Assembly (NCBI GenBank): GCA_010015805.1
Contig: ML978127.1
Coordinates: 1,240,001 to 1,304,000, forward strand
Reading direction: 5' to 3'
Length of the DNA stretch: 64,000 bases
Source: Rhizodiscina lignyota
Lineage: Eukaryota
The number at the start of each line of letters is the position of its first letter. Position 1 is the stretch's first letter. The position numbers and the translations under genes are program-made. Shown here piece after piece: positions 10,057 through 21,232 of the stretch. The notes beneath the pieces are model-generated. The model saw nothing but the letters and a program-made list of their open reading frames with translations, did not search any database and was not told where the DNA came from.

Positions 10057-12935
10057 ATGCCCAGCAATGAAAGCGCGCCGGTGAAGTTATCTTTACCTCT
10101 AGTAAGAAACATTCTCACTGATATTTGGCTCTTGCTGACGTCTCGGAGGAATACCAGCGGGAAATCTTCAACGAGCTGCGCAGTGAGGATGAGCTTCTCA
10201 TCATCGCGCGCGGCGTCGGCCTGCTGCGTATAATAACGAACCTCCTCCATTCATACGATGCTGCTGGAAACAACCTTATCATTGTGCTCGGCGCAGATGA
10301 GCGCGAAAATGGATGGATCGGAGAGGCGCTCGCTGAGCATGCTGCTGTCAGCGGCGCCACTAAGGCGAAGGGCCTGAGCTTGGTGAACACGGATGCTATG
10401 AGTGTGGAGACAAGAGGCAAAATGTATTCACAGGGCGGTATCTTCAGCATCACGAGTCAAATCCTTGTGGTAGACATGCTCGCCGGACTCATGGATCCAG
10501 CCTCGATCACGGGCATCGTCGCGCTACATGCGGAGAGAATCATTGCGACGTCCACGGAAGCCTTCATTTTGCGAATCTATCGTCAGAAGAACAAGAACGG
10601 CTTCCTCAAGGCCTTTTCGGACAATCCAGAGCCATTATGCACTGGTTTCTCACCTCTCGCGACCATCATGCGAAACCTCTTCCTGCGGAAACCGTCAATC
10701 TATCCACGCTTCCACGTTACAATCAATGAATCCTTGGAAGGAAAGAGAAAGGCCGAGGTTATCGAATTCACGGTGGATATGTCCGAGAGCATGACTACGA
10801 TTCAAAATGCCGTCCTGGGATGCATACAGATGAGCATCTCAGAGCTCAAAAAGGGGAATACCGGTCTCGATATGGAAGAATGGACTCCGGAGAGCGCATT
10901 GCAGAAGAACTTTGATACCATTGTACGGCGACAGCTTGATCCCATATGGCACCGATTAAGCTTCCGAACGAAGAGAGTTGCTCAGGACTTGACGCTCCTT
11001 CGGAACATTTTGCATAACCTTCTAACACTGGACGCTGTCAAATTTCTTCAATACCTGGATACCGTACATGCAGCTGCTAAAGCTCCATCGAACAGCAGAT
11101 TTGGGGTTGATACCACCTGGTTACTCTTGCCAGAAGCCGAACAAATGTTTTCCACGGCGAAACGGCGCGTATACACCGGGAAGATCACAACAGATGCTAC
11201 GGGTCGAGCTGTTGAGGATATGAGTGTTCTCCGGCCCGTCCTTGAGGAGCTCCCAAAATGGAAGATACTGGCCGAAATCCTCGATGAGATTGAGCGAGAA
11301 GTCTATTTTCATCCCCACATTCAGGACGATTCCAACGGAACGATACTGATAATGTGTGGCGATAATGCAACATGTCAACAACTGCGTGAATTCCTGCGAA
11401 CAATGCATCTCGAGGCGCAAAATGCTGAAGGGACAAATGAGGAGGACGATGAAGAGGACGAATGGCCATCTAGAAATTCTGGGCCATCCGGAGCATTTAT
11501 GATGCGGCAGCGCTTACGGAATTACGTAAATTGGCGCGTCGGCTTCTCGAAAGTGAGAGATTCTCTATTCTCGGAGAATCAGAAAGCACCAGACGAGAGT
11601 AAAGATGGACGGAATAGCCCTGCCACACGAGGACGTGGACCTCCAAATAAGAGAAGACGAGTACGAGCTTCGTCGTCTGTTGCGTCCGGACTATCAAGGA
11701 ACGGCACCTTTCACACAGCTGGGGACCGTGATGGCCATATTGCAAGCTTACTAGCAGACTTGCAGCCTTCCGACATGGATGGCGCTCAAGCAGGCGAAAT
11801 AGGGGCTGACCCGCTTAATGATATGGACGATTATTACGAACTTTACGATATGAACGATCTCCTTCTCATTCATCCTTATGATGGCGACATGAACGAACAT
11901 CTGCTAGAAGAAGTCAAGCCTCGATATGTGATCATGTACGAGCCGGACGTAACTTTCGTCCGGCAGCTGGAAGTTTATCGAAGCTCGCATTTCGATCGCA
12001 AGGTTCGCGTGTATTTCATGTATTACGGCGGATCTGTTGAAGAACAGAGGTTCCTCACCGTGATGAGAAGAGAGAAGGACGCATTTACAAAGCTCATCAA
12101 AGAGCGAGCGAGCATGGCCATCACTCTTGACACGGCGCATATTGCCACGGCTGAAGAATCTTTCCTCCGAACTATCAACACTCGCATCGCTGGTGGCGGT
12201 CGCGTTGCTGCTACTCAGGTACCACCCCGTGTCGTCGTAGATCTTCGCGAATTTCGCTCTAGCCTGCCTTCTCTCCTGCATGGCCGCAGTGTCCAGGTGG
12301 TGCCATGCCTTCTTACGGTCGGTGACTATGTCCTGACACCGGACATATGTATTGAACGTAAATCAGTTAGCGACCTTATCAGCAGTTTGAACAGCGGCCG
12401 CCTATACAATCAGGCCGAGACCATGTTGCAGCACTACAAGAGCCCGATGCTGCTCATTGAGTTCTCGCAGAATAAGAGCTTCACCCTCGAACCATTTGCC
12501 GACTTGACAAACAGTGCCAGCACCGCAGCACGCGAAGCCATGCTTAGCGCGCCAGACCTACAAGGAAAACTCGTCATGTTGACACTAGCCTTTCCAAGAC
12601 TGCGCATTATTTGGTCTTCTGATCCGTACCAGACGGCGCAGATATTTGAAGAGCTGAAGAAGCTTCAGGAAGAACCTAATCCCATCAAGGCTGTGCAGAC
12701 TGGGCTGGAAGATGGTGATGATGCGGATGGGCAGAAAGTATTCAACCAGACGACGCTGGATATGCTGAGGGAAGTCCCGGGAATCACGGAGAAGAATATG
12801 AGCAGAATTACCCTGGAGGTGGAGAACATGAGAGATCTGGCGAACATGGATGAACAGGATATCGAGCCGTTGGTGGGCAAGGCTGTCGCCAGACAGATCA
12901 GACATTTCTTTGATAAGAACGTGGCGGACGAATAA
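10057..12935 (+). CDS. RAD1: DNA repair endonuclease XPF/Rad1 (MEI-9/Rad16/MUS-38 orthologue), 2 exons
   Basis: Exon 1 10057-10101 (MPSNESAPVKLSLPL), intron from GTAAGA at 10102, then a long exon with a helicase-like N-terminal region, the ERCC4 nuclease motifs VDLREF, GDYVLT and ERKSVSDL, and a C-terminal HhH (VPGITEK). Confidence 0.96.
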
Positions 12936-13119
12936 ATCATTATGTACATCGCTTCGTTGCTGGATATCTAAAGCAAGTCGTCAATGACAGCTTACAAAGT
13001 TGCGCTACATTCATGTACACGGTCCAAATGCGGGTATGTAGTCTCGTCCTACTCGTACGATTGCTCATGTACAGGGCAGTTCCCGTGATGACCTCCAGGC
13101 CAGGATCTGCCCTAATTTT

Positions 13120-13931
13120 TCATAGTTCCCATCGGCCGAACCAGCCCCACCAACTCGTCTCTTTCTCGCCGGGTAGCCTGATCTCATCGATTTCGCTCTC
13201 CGAGATGTTCTTCCAGTCCGATGGATTCAACCATCCAATGTGCGCCCTGTCTCCGAATCCGCCGAACCAGTAGCTAAATTTCGTCAGCACAAGTTGCTAC
13301 GCCGCGGGCACGGCAATACTTACATCTCGTTGACCACGAGCCTTGCAAAGTGGCTCTCGTGGATGTCGTTTCCTGGCAGCCATATCCTGGCCTCAGGGTG
13401 GTACTTCGTGAAGCAGTCCGCCACCTTGTTCGCCTCAATATCGTCCTTATCCAACCGCTCCAAGTATCCTGTCAATGCTACCCGCGGCAACGCCGCTGGT
13501 GAATGTGCTGCATAGGGAGGTGTCTTGTAGTACGAGGTCGGGGGGTGCCATCTGAATGAAAGCGTGACATTGGACCCCGCACGGGCATTCTTGTAGCTGT
13601 TTGCAATGGCGACTTCGAGGAGTGTAGGGTTTCCAGTAGTGGGCTCGCAGTCCGCAAAGTACTCCATCAAGCCCAAGGGACTGCCAGCAACATCTGAGGG
13701 CCTGTTCTCGCTAGTTGATGGTTCGTCGGAGGATTTGTGAGAGGGGAAGATGGTGGAGATTGTGCCAATGCTTTCGAGGCGGAGGATGCGGCGTGCCATG
13801 ACGGTGGACTCGTACGGTGTCGGAATGCGGAAGCCATCGTCGTGCGGAGGATTGGAGAAGATTTCTTGAGCAGGCTGGAGAGTGGTGCATGTCGCAAGGG
13901 TGATGAGAGATGATACGATGAAAGGCCGCAT
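13120..13931 (-). CDS. Secretory-pathway CREG-like / pyridoxamine-5'-phosphate-oxidase-like split-barrel protein, 2 exons
   Basis: Signal peptide MRPFIVSSLITLATC; motifs ARRILRLESIGTISTIF, GLMEYFADC, PRVALTGYLE and CFTKYHPEARIWLPG; intron ~13274-13323 (GTAAGT..GCTGAC..TAG); exon 2 IYWFGGFGDRAHIGW...GRWEL*. Confidence 0.85.
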
Positions 13932-14373
13932 GGTGAAAGGGTTATCGGTGAAAGGGCTATCGGCGGATCGGGGGGAAATAGGAAGGCTGACGGAAATTGG
14001 CTTGATGGGAAACACTCTCTAAGACGTGACTGAGAAGTGCAGACGCGATAGGGAAAGGAAACAAGCTATTCAGGGACGCCGTGAGTTCATGGTCAAAGCC
14101 ATGCGTTCACGGTTATCAGATCATCTCATTGACAAGATCGGCCCGACGTCGTTCGTTAAATTTAACTTCCGTTTCCGGTGTTCTGCACCCACAACGCCGA
14201 CCTGAGTCACGTCAAAGCTGGAGCTCTGCCAGGAACCAACTTCAGCCGCACTCTACGTATATGCAAACGCGATTTTACGCTTCTGTGGCTGATTCCTTCG
14301 TATGCATACGCCCTTGCGTATACATCTTCAGCACCGATCGGCGGCTATGGTCATACATGGAGCTTGATAAGTC

Positions 14374-14468
14374 CGACTCTGCTGCCTCATGGCTACGGAA
14401 AGGAAGAGATCAAACAGCGACTCTCCTGCCTCATAGCTACGGAAAGGAAGCGATCAAATTGCGACTCT
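14374..14468. repeat. 44-bp tandem direct repeat (2.2 copies) in the divergent promoter of the CREG-like and nitroreductase genes
   Basis: cgactctgctgcctcatggctacggaaaggaagagatcaaacag / cgactctcctgcctcatagctacggaaaggaagcgatcaaattg / cgactct, with units starting at 14374, 14418 and 14462. Confidence 0.9.
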
Positions 14469-14667
14469 TCGTCAAAGGTTAAGTATAAATTCTTCAAGAT
14501 CTCGCTCTCTCAGTCCAACATCAAATTCAGACAGACAAGATCAATCTCAAGATCTCCTGAAATCCCTTCTCAGAATCACTCACATCAAAATCTTCGCAAA
14601 ATACCCTTCAATATTTTCAAGCATCTCAGCTTTATCCGCACAGCAATTCAAGCAAGCAACATTCACA

Positions 14668-15345
14668 ATGGCAGCCAAGACATCATTCTTTGACGCCATG
14701 GTCACGCGCCGCTCTATTTACGCACTCGCATCTGAGTCTCCCATCCCAGACGAGCGCATCATCGAAATTGTCAATCACGCAATCGTGCACTGCCCGTCCC
14801 CTTTCAACGTGCAGTCAGCGCGCGCTGTCATCCTCATCGGCAAGGAGCACCAAAAGCTATGGGACATCGCCTACGAAGCGGCCGAGAAGCTCTTTCCAGC
14901 CCCTGTGTTTGAAGGCCTCAAACCAAGAATTGCCGGTTTCAGGGGCGGCTATGGCACCGTGATGTGGTTTGAGGACGCAGCTCGCTTCAATGTGCTCGAG
15001 GAGCAGATGGGCGCTCAGCGCTGGGCGGGAGTCAGGGACAAGATGCCACAGTGGAGCGAGCACTCGAGCGGTATGCATCAGTACGCGGTTTGGACGGCGC
15101 TCGAAGCAGAAGGATTGGGTTGCAACTTGCAGGTAAGAACCCACATGCGGATCAGCTGATATGATCGATTGCTAATGCCAACGCAGCACTACAATCCATT
15201 GGTTGACCAGCGTGTGCAAGAGGAGTGGAAGGTCCCAGTGGATTGGAGCCTCAAGGCACAGATGGTCTTTGGAAAGCCCGTTGGACCGCCAAGAGACAAG
15301 ACAGCGCTGCCCGTGGGTGAGAGGGTATTTGTCCACAAGTCCTAG
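14668..15345 (+). CDS. Nitroreductase family protein (Frm2/Hbn1-like), 2 exons
   Basis: RRSIYAL, HCPSPFNVQSARAVIL, GYGTVMWFED, SSGMHQYAVWTALEAEGLGCNLQ|HYNPL, WSLKAQMVFG; intron 15133-15186; CACAATGG start context; TATAAA at ~14484. Confidence 0.92.
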
Positions 15346-16012
15346 GCTAAGGAGTCAGATGTACTCTGCACACGCAAATGGATATAGAAGTGAGATTTTG
15401 ATAACTTTAGCGGCGGAGCGCCTGCGATGGCATTGAAGGCATCATCTTGGCATAGAGATGAGATATGCGAAGTAGTAATAAAGTCTGGCTTTGGTACATC
15501 TTCTCTCTCGTTGGTTCACCTCAAAGTGCGCATGACCCCGTACATTACGTCATCGATTTAGGATGAAAGAACCCTTAAATGAGAACCTGAGGACTTCAGC
15601 AGACAGACAAGGCGAAATCACTCCGTACGACTCTGAATATCCAAAACATCTGAAATAATATAATCGCCGAGCAACAACCACTCGATAACGCCGACGAGAT
15701 GCGGCTAGGCCAGGCACGTCAAGGGTGCACGCGGCCAAAACGGTAGTGACGTTAGGTTCAGCCCTGTCACGCATCCCAGACTTTGATATCACGGAAAGCA
15801 GCACCTTCGCCACCACAACTCCCCAATTGCACGACAAACTCTGGCAATCAACTCTTCTTTGTATATTCTTTCCCTTTAGTCGTCTATAGCACGCCAAGTA
15901 CAAACAATCAGGTGTATAATACCCCTGCTCGACCCTGCTTAACGCGGGGCGCGGGTGCCTCTACGAACCTTTTATCTCCCGAGACAACTCACACCGCTTT
16001 CTGCAACTAGTC

Positions 16013-17834
16013 ATGAGACGATCAAACCTCAGACCGACAATACAAGAAGCTCGCCGGAAATCCTCGACCCTTCACTACCAGACCTTCCCGACCGCACCAC
16101 CGAGATCGAAAGGCCGCCCTCCCAGTGCATCACCCGCCCCTCACGCTCACCATCATGGCGGCGAAGGCAGCCGTAGTCCTCACGGCTCCGACGAGTCGGG
16201 CGAGCACCATGAATCTCCTCTCCCGACGAAGCAATTGGCGATGCTCGCCGTCATCGCGCTGGCGGAACAGACCGCATTGAACAGCATATCCCCATACCTT
16301 CCCGAAATGGCCGCCACATTCCCCGAAGTCGCTGAGGGCCAGGTGGGCCTATACGTGGGACTGATAGCGTCGAGTTTCGCGCTCGCACAGTTTGCAACAA
16401 ACTTCTTTTGGGGGTATCTGAGCGACCGGATAGGGAGGAAGCCGGTGATATTAATCGGGACGCTGCTCACAGCTGCGTGCTTTGTCGCGTTTGGATTCTG
16501 CCGAACGCTGTGGCAGGCGATTCTGGTGCAGACGTTTATGGGGCTGGTGAATGGGAATCAGGGCGTTGTGAGCACGTGCCTGGGAGAAATTACGGATAGA
16601 AGCAACCAGAGCAGGGCGTTTACGTATTTGCCCGTTGTGTATGGGATTGGAGGGATAACAGGGCCAGTAGTTGGTGGACTACTGGTAATATACGACAATC
16701 CATTCAAGAAAGGAGAGCCGAACCCTTATCCGTATCTGCTACCGAACTTACTCTCAGCAGTGGTTCTGATAATAGATTTCGTTCTGTCTATGATATTTCT
16801 GGAAGAGAGTTTGGAAGAGGCGAGAGAGCTTCCCCCGCTGGGCAGGAGAATAGGAAACTTGTTCTCGTGGCTATGGCAATTTACCGGATTCAGTACCCAT
16901 CCGTCCTACCTGAGAAGAAGAGGTGGAAAGCGAAGATCAGGAAGCGGTGGACATTCTAGCTACGACGGCGAAGATGGCGATGCAAGTTCCCAGATATCCG
17001 CGCCAGAGCTGCTCCCCAACACATCTGGCGAGGGCTTAACAAAATCGGAAGTCTTCAACCGAGATACGGTGCTCCTTCTTGTGACATACTTCATTTTTCA
17101 ACTCGCAAACATATCCTACAACTCGCTCTATCCCATTTTTGGAGAAGCCGGTGCGCCGACGGGACGCGATCTTTCGACGGAGGAGATTGGGATATCGCTC
17201 GCCTTCGCAGGACTAATCACAATCGTATTCCAGATTGGCATCTACGGCAGACTCAGAGAGAAAATTGGAAATAAGACGACGTATCGGGTCAGTCTCGCCG
17301 TCTTCGTTGTAGCATTCCTACTTATGCCTTGGGTCGGGTATAAGGAAGAAGATGGAGGGCCTAACAACGGGAAAGTCTGGCTGTGGCTTGAGTTGGGGTT
17401 TGTGTTGATATTGAAGACTGTCGCTTCTGTAGGTGGCTTAACCTCTGCGCTTCTTTTGGTATGTATCTTCCCCATCAACTAAGTATACCACTAATTTCAT
17501 CCAGATCACGAATTCAGCCCCTACCCACCAGGTTCTGGGTACACTAAATGGCCTTGCGCAGACTCTTTCAGCAGCAGGTCGTGCCGTTGGCCCGTTCATT
17601 TCTGGTTCGCTCTTCTCCGCCGCCACGCGGGTCCAGCCAAAGGGTGAAGCCTTGGCTTTTGGGCTTTTCGGTGGCATTTCCTTCCTTGGCTTCCTCCTGA
17701 GCTTCGGTATCCGAGGCGAGGAGCTAGAGTCTGAGGATTGGTCTGAAGAGGATGACGAGCTTGAGGTAGACGAAGAACAAGGCAGCGGCAGCGGCAGCGA
17801 AGGCCAGTCCCTCTTGAGAGAGGAGTCACGATAA
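16013..17834 (+). CDS. Major facilitator superfamily transporter (drug:H+ antiporter-like), 2 exons
   Basis: MFS motif A WGYLSDRIGRKP, multiple hydrophobic helices, GGITGPVVGG; intron 17459-17504; exon 2 ITNSAP..LGTLNGLAQTLSAAGRAVGP, followed by an acidic tail. Confidence 0.92.
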
Positions 17835-18398
17835 CAAATCGATCGCTCTGCAGGAGGGACTGGAGGCAAAAGCCATGATTCATGAAACGTTATTGAAATA
17901 CGTTACAGCGACGGAGTTTCGCTTCTCGGTTGTAAAATGATAGACAGTATCGATACATAACACGTATCGATCCGCAGTCCAACAGTCTGCCACGACATGT
18001 GGCGCACAGAACCTCAGCAGCCATGTTTCAAACCGCGTGTGACTTCGAGAAAGCCGAAGCCTTGGTATCACGTTTTTGCTTATGCGCTGTAAACGCAGAC
18101 TTACAATAGCTGAAGTACGAGGCATGATTTTCCTTTGTCGGCTTTCAGTGGCGCATAGAGAGACTCAACGCTGATGCATGAGTACAAAGAGATTCCACCA
18201 ATGGCTTTGCTATCCCTTTGATTGGCCCACAATCTAATGCTCTCTGCTTCCTTGTCAGTCTTTGACGAATAGAGGGCTCTTGGACGAGGCGTGAGACGAA
18301 GAAAGGATGAAGACTGGACCACCAGTAACGGGCATGTTTACTTATAATCTAATATCTTCCTAACAATCGTCCGTCAGTAAATCACATTACCTCACACA

Positions 18399-18785
18399 AT
18401 GGCCCGTCTCAGCATCATCGCCATCGCCATCGTCGCTGTCCTCGCAGGCACTGCTATGGCCACCAGACCTATCGCCGGCGTCGGGACATCCATCGAGACT
18501 GTCCCTGCCGGCGAACCCACTGCCCCAGGTCTCCTCTTCGACACCAGCGCACCGCCGCCAAATGCCAACGGCGCCGATGCATATACACCACCACCAGACA
18601 CGATGCCTGCTGCGCAGCCCACAGTTAAGCGGATTACGAAACCTGTAATTCCTGTCGCTCCCACCATTCCTGTCATGTTCGCCAAGGAGCTCGAGGCTGG
18701 ACTTTTTGCGTTGCTCCGCTTCAAGACAGAAACGCGGAAGGCTCATCGCCACGCAACTCCCACGCACCATCACCAGGCGCAGTGA
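18399..18785 (+). CDS. Small secreted Cys-free protein (128 aa) with an internal KR site
   Basis: CACACAATGG start context, TATAAT at ~18344, signal peptide MARLSIIAIAIVAVLAGTAMA, C-ending codon bias. Confidence 0.75.
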   Translation: MARLSIIAIAIVAVLAGTAMATRPIAGVGTSIETVPAGEPTAPGLLFDTSAPPPNANGADAYTPPPDTMPAAQPTVKRITKPVIPVAPTIPVMFAKELEAGLFALLRFKTETRKAHRHATPTHHHQAQ

Positions 18786-19022
18786 ATGCTCACGGCGCCA
18801 TAGCGACTAGATGACCCTTTCCAACCTGCCTTGATGGCGGTAGATACCAAAGAAATGGATCCAATTGACGTATTAATCGACACGAGTTCGAAAATGTTAT
18901 GATATAACTGCTACTGAGTGGCTTCAGCGCTCCGGATGTAGATCGTTCGCAAGGCCTGGAATTCAAATGTCATGAACTGTTCAGATTCCTTTCCTCCTCA
19001 TCCATGCTGTGCAGTCCTGTTT

Positions 19023-20570
19023 TCAAGGTACATCGACAAGCCAAGGGCTGTCAAAGCACCCATATCCTTTCACCACGCTCATCTCATTGACATCTTCGGC
19101 TTTTGATTTGAATGTCCATCCGACATAGTCATTCTCCATGATTTCGAATTCGCTACCTTCACTCCACAGGGAGGTGCCCAAGACACCCAGCTCGGAGAGA
19201 ACAGGGCCCTCGTAAAGTCCACGTGGTGACATTAGCATTCCGCTTTGGGTTGGCGACCGTATTATTTCCATGAGTACAAACGTATGCCATATCTCTTCTG
19301 GTGTCTCGGCCAAGAAGTTCGGGATATCGCGCCCATAGATGTTGTGCCCACCACCTTCAAGAGATGGCTTCAGTACGTGATTCCCCGCAGTATCGGGGTT
19401 CAGTGCAAGCTTTCTTCCTATGAGTCCTTGCTCCGACTTGTCTAGTGGATATAGCGGTGCAAAGGTAGAACGGATGTCCTTGCACTTGCTTTCGTCTATG
19501 AATCGCTCAAGAGCACCGGCCTTGGTGAGTTCCTGCTGTACCTTCTTGAAAGTGGTAATGTGGGAGAGTATCGATGGACATTTGACAGCTCGAGAGCCTT
19601 CCAATCTAAGACGCGCAGCGCATCCAACGTCGTCATACTCCTCCAATTCATAGCCAGCACGCATGTACACCACCGAGATCTCAAGAGGCGAGAATGGACA
19701 AGTGGGAGAGTTGAAGAGAAGTTCTCCGGATGGGCCAATGCTCGTCTGTTCAATTACATCAGGCCCAAAGATGAGTCTGTACGCCGGAATGGGAGTATTT
19801 TGGTCCCATAGTGCGTATTCCAGAGGCCGTTCATCACAGATATTGAAATTACGTCCTTGGACAATGAATAGAACGCCGGTCCTTGTAGGTGCATTTCGAT
19901 TAGAGGCGTAGTACGCGTGATGAGCGGAGACGAGGCCTCTGACAATGCCATTGATCCCATCATTAGGTGGTAGCGATGAAGAAGATGTGTCGATATTTCC
20001 AAAGGTAGTTCTATATGCCCCGATCTTATGAAGATGTTGATGCATATTAGCGACGATATTTGCATGAGTTCCGCCTGCGCACGAGAAGGCATTAAATTCG
20101 ACTTGTTTCAACTCAGCATCTACCCTGGTGGCATGAGTAGCCGAGGTCTGTTCTTTGTGAAGATGAATCATGTAATCGCTTCGAAATACACCCAGAGAGA
20201 TACGTCGATGTGAGAAATTTGTACGTTTAGATTCTAAATAGATCTCCCAAAGAATAGATGTGAATGGGTCATCCCGAATGTAATCTTTCAGGGCTTGTGC
20301 AAGCCATGCCTCGTCCGATGCGACTTTTGCATAGAGTTCGTTATAAATTCCTTGAATTCTGACACCCTGTTCGAAGCATTTTCGCGGAAATTGGCTCGGC
20401 ACGAGGCTCACGCCTACGGGTCGTGTTGGTACACTGTGCTCTTCTTCGGCACGGACGAGCTTGAGCAGGGAGCCATGGGTAATTTGATAGTCTTTGGCAT
20501 TATGGATCAGGAATTCTAGCTGTTCCTCTGAGAAACGAGGCGGCTGGAGCAAGTAGAATTCATCTGTCAT
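19023..20570 (-). CDS. Eukaryotic glutathione synthetase-like ATP-grasp ligase (divergent paralogue, intronless)
   Basis: First ATG at 20570 (MTDEFY); motifs PSQFPR, GVFRSDYM, LKQVEFN, VVYMRAGY, AVKCPS, KKVQQEL, VLKPSLEGGGHNIYG, LSELGVLG, GYGCFDSP. Confidence 0.9.
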   Translation of the reverse strand: MTDEFYLLQPPRFSEEQLEFLIHNAKDYQITHGSLLKLVRAEEEHSVPTRPVGVSLVPSQFPRKCFEQGVRIQGIYNELYAKVASDEAWLAQALKDYIRDDPFTSILWEIYLESKRTNFSHRRISLGVFRSDYMIHLHKEQTSATHATRVDAELKQVEFNAFSCAGGTHANIVANMHQHLHKIGAYRTTFGNIDTSSSSLPPNDGINGIVRGLVSAHHAYYASNRNAPTRTGVLFIVQGRNFNICDERPLEYALWDQNTPIPAYRLIFGPDVIEQTSIGPSGELLFNSPTCPFSPLEISVVYMRAGYELEEYDDVGCAARLRLEGSRAVKCPSILSHITTFKKVQQELTKAGALERFIDESKCKDIRSTFAPLYPLDKSEQGLIGRKLALNPDTAGNHVLKPSLEGGGHNIYGRDIPNFLAETPEEIWHTFVLMEIIRSPTQSGMLMSPRGLYEGPVLSELGVLGTSLWSEGSEFEIMENDYVGWTFKSKAEDVNEMSVVKGYGCFDSPWLVDVP

Positions 20571-20683
20571 TATCGTGGAAGAGCAAAGACTTCTTATACC
20601 GAAGGCTGAATTTCGAATTTGTCGTTGTTCGGAAGAGCTTCGCATTAACACCGGCTGTTATGTCCGGGGAGGTCTTGGCAATT

Positions 20684-20811
20684 ATCACGTGATGAAGTCT
20701 TAGCGAGCACTCAACTCCAACCTAATTTTGCTCATCGCCTCCACTTCCGACTCATCGACCACCATCCACAGCGGCCTTCTGTTGTCTCAAAAACGTGAGT
20801 CACCCACCCTA
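20684..20811. promoter_or_regulatory. Divergent promoter between the GS-like gene and RPS30: bHLH palindrome ATCACGTGAT and bZIP site GTGAGTCAC
   Basis: ATCACGTGAT at 20684-20693 (Cbf1/SREBP-type E-box), TGAGTCA at 20796-20802 (Gcn4/CpcA/AP-1 consensus), adjacent CACCCTA, TATATAA at ~20834. Confidence 0.5.
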
Positions 20812-20977
20812 CGACCCATTTCCTAGCTCGAGAATATATAACGCAGGCGCTCCGCCAAGTTTTCGTCATAATCACAAAGCGCTGACAAAATCCCTCGCCA
20901 CAGCTCCCGAAAGCCTCTACACCCACCCCGCTCGAACGCACAACCTTCGAATCCCTCAATAACTCAACACCGCAATC

Positions 20978-21232
20978 ATGGGTAAGGTCCACGGATCTCT
21001 CGCCCGTGCCGGCAAAGTCAAGTCGCAGACCCCCAAGGTCGAGCCCCAGGAGAAGAAGAAGACTCCCAAGGGCCGCGCAAAGAAGAGAATCACGTACACC
21101 AGGCGCTTCGTCAATGTCACCATGACCGGTGGCAAGAGAAAGGTGAGTTGCGAATGCAAAGCATGCCAACGCTTGATGGACGACCTGGATGCTGATGATT
21201 TGATACAGATGAACCCGAACCCGACGACATAA
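20978..21232 (+). CDS. RPS30: 40S ribosomal protein eS30, 2 exons (62 aa)
   Basis: [62 protein letters not shown]; intron 21143-21208 (GTGAGT..GCTGAT..CAG). Confidence 0.98.
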   Translation: MGKVHGSLARAGKVKSQTPKVEPQEKKKTPKGRAKKRITYTRRFVNVTMTGGKRKVSCECKACQRLMDDLDADDLIQMNPNPTT

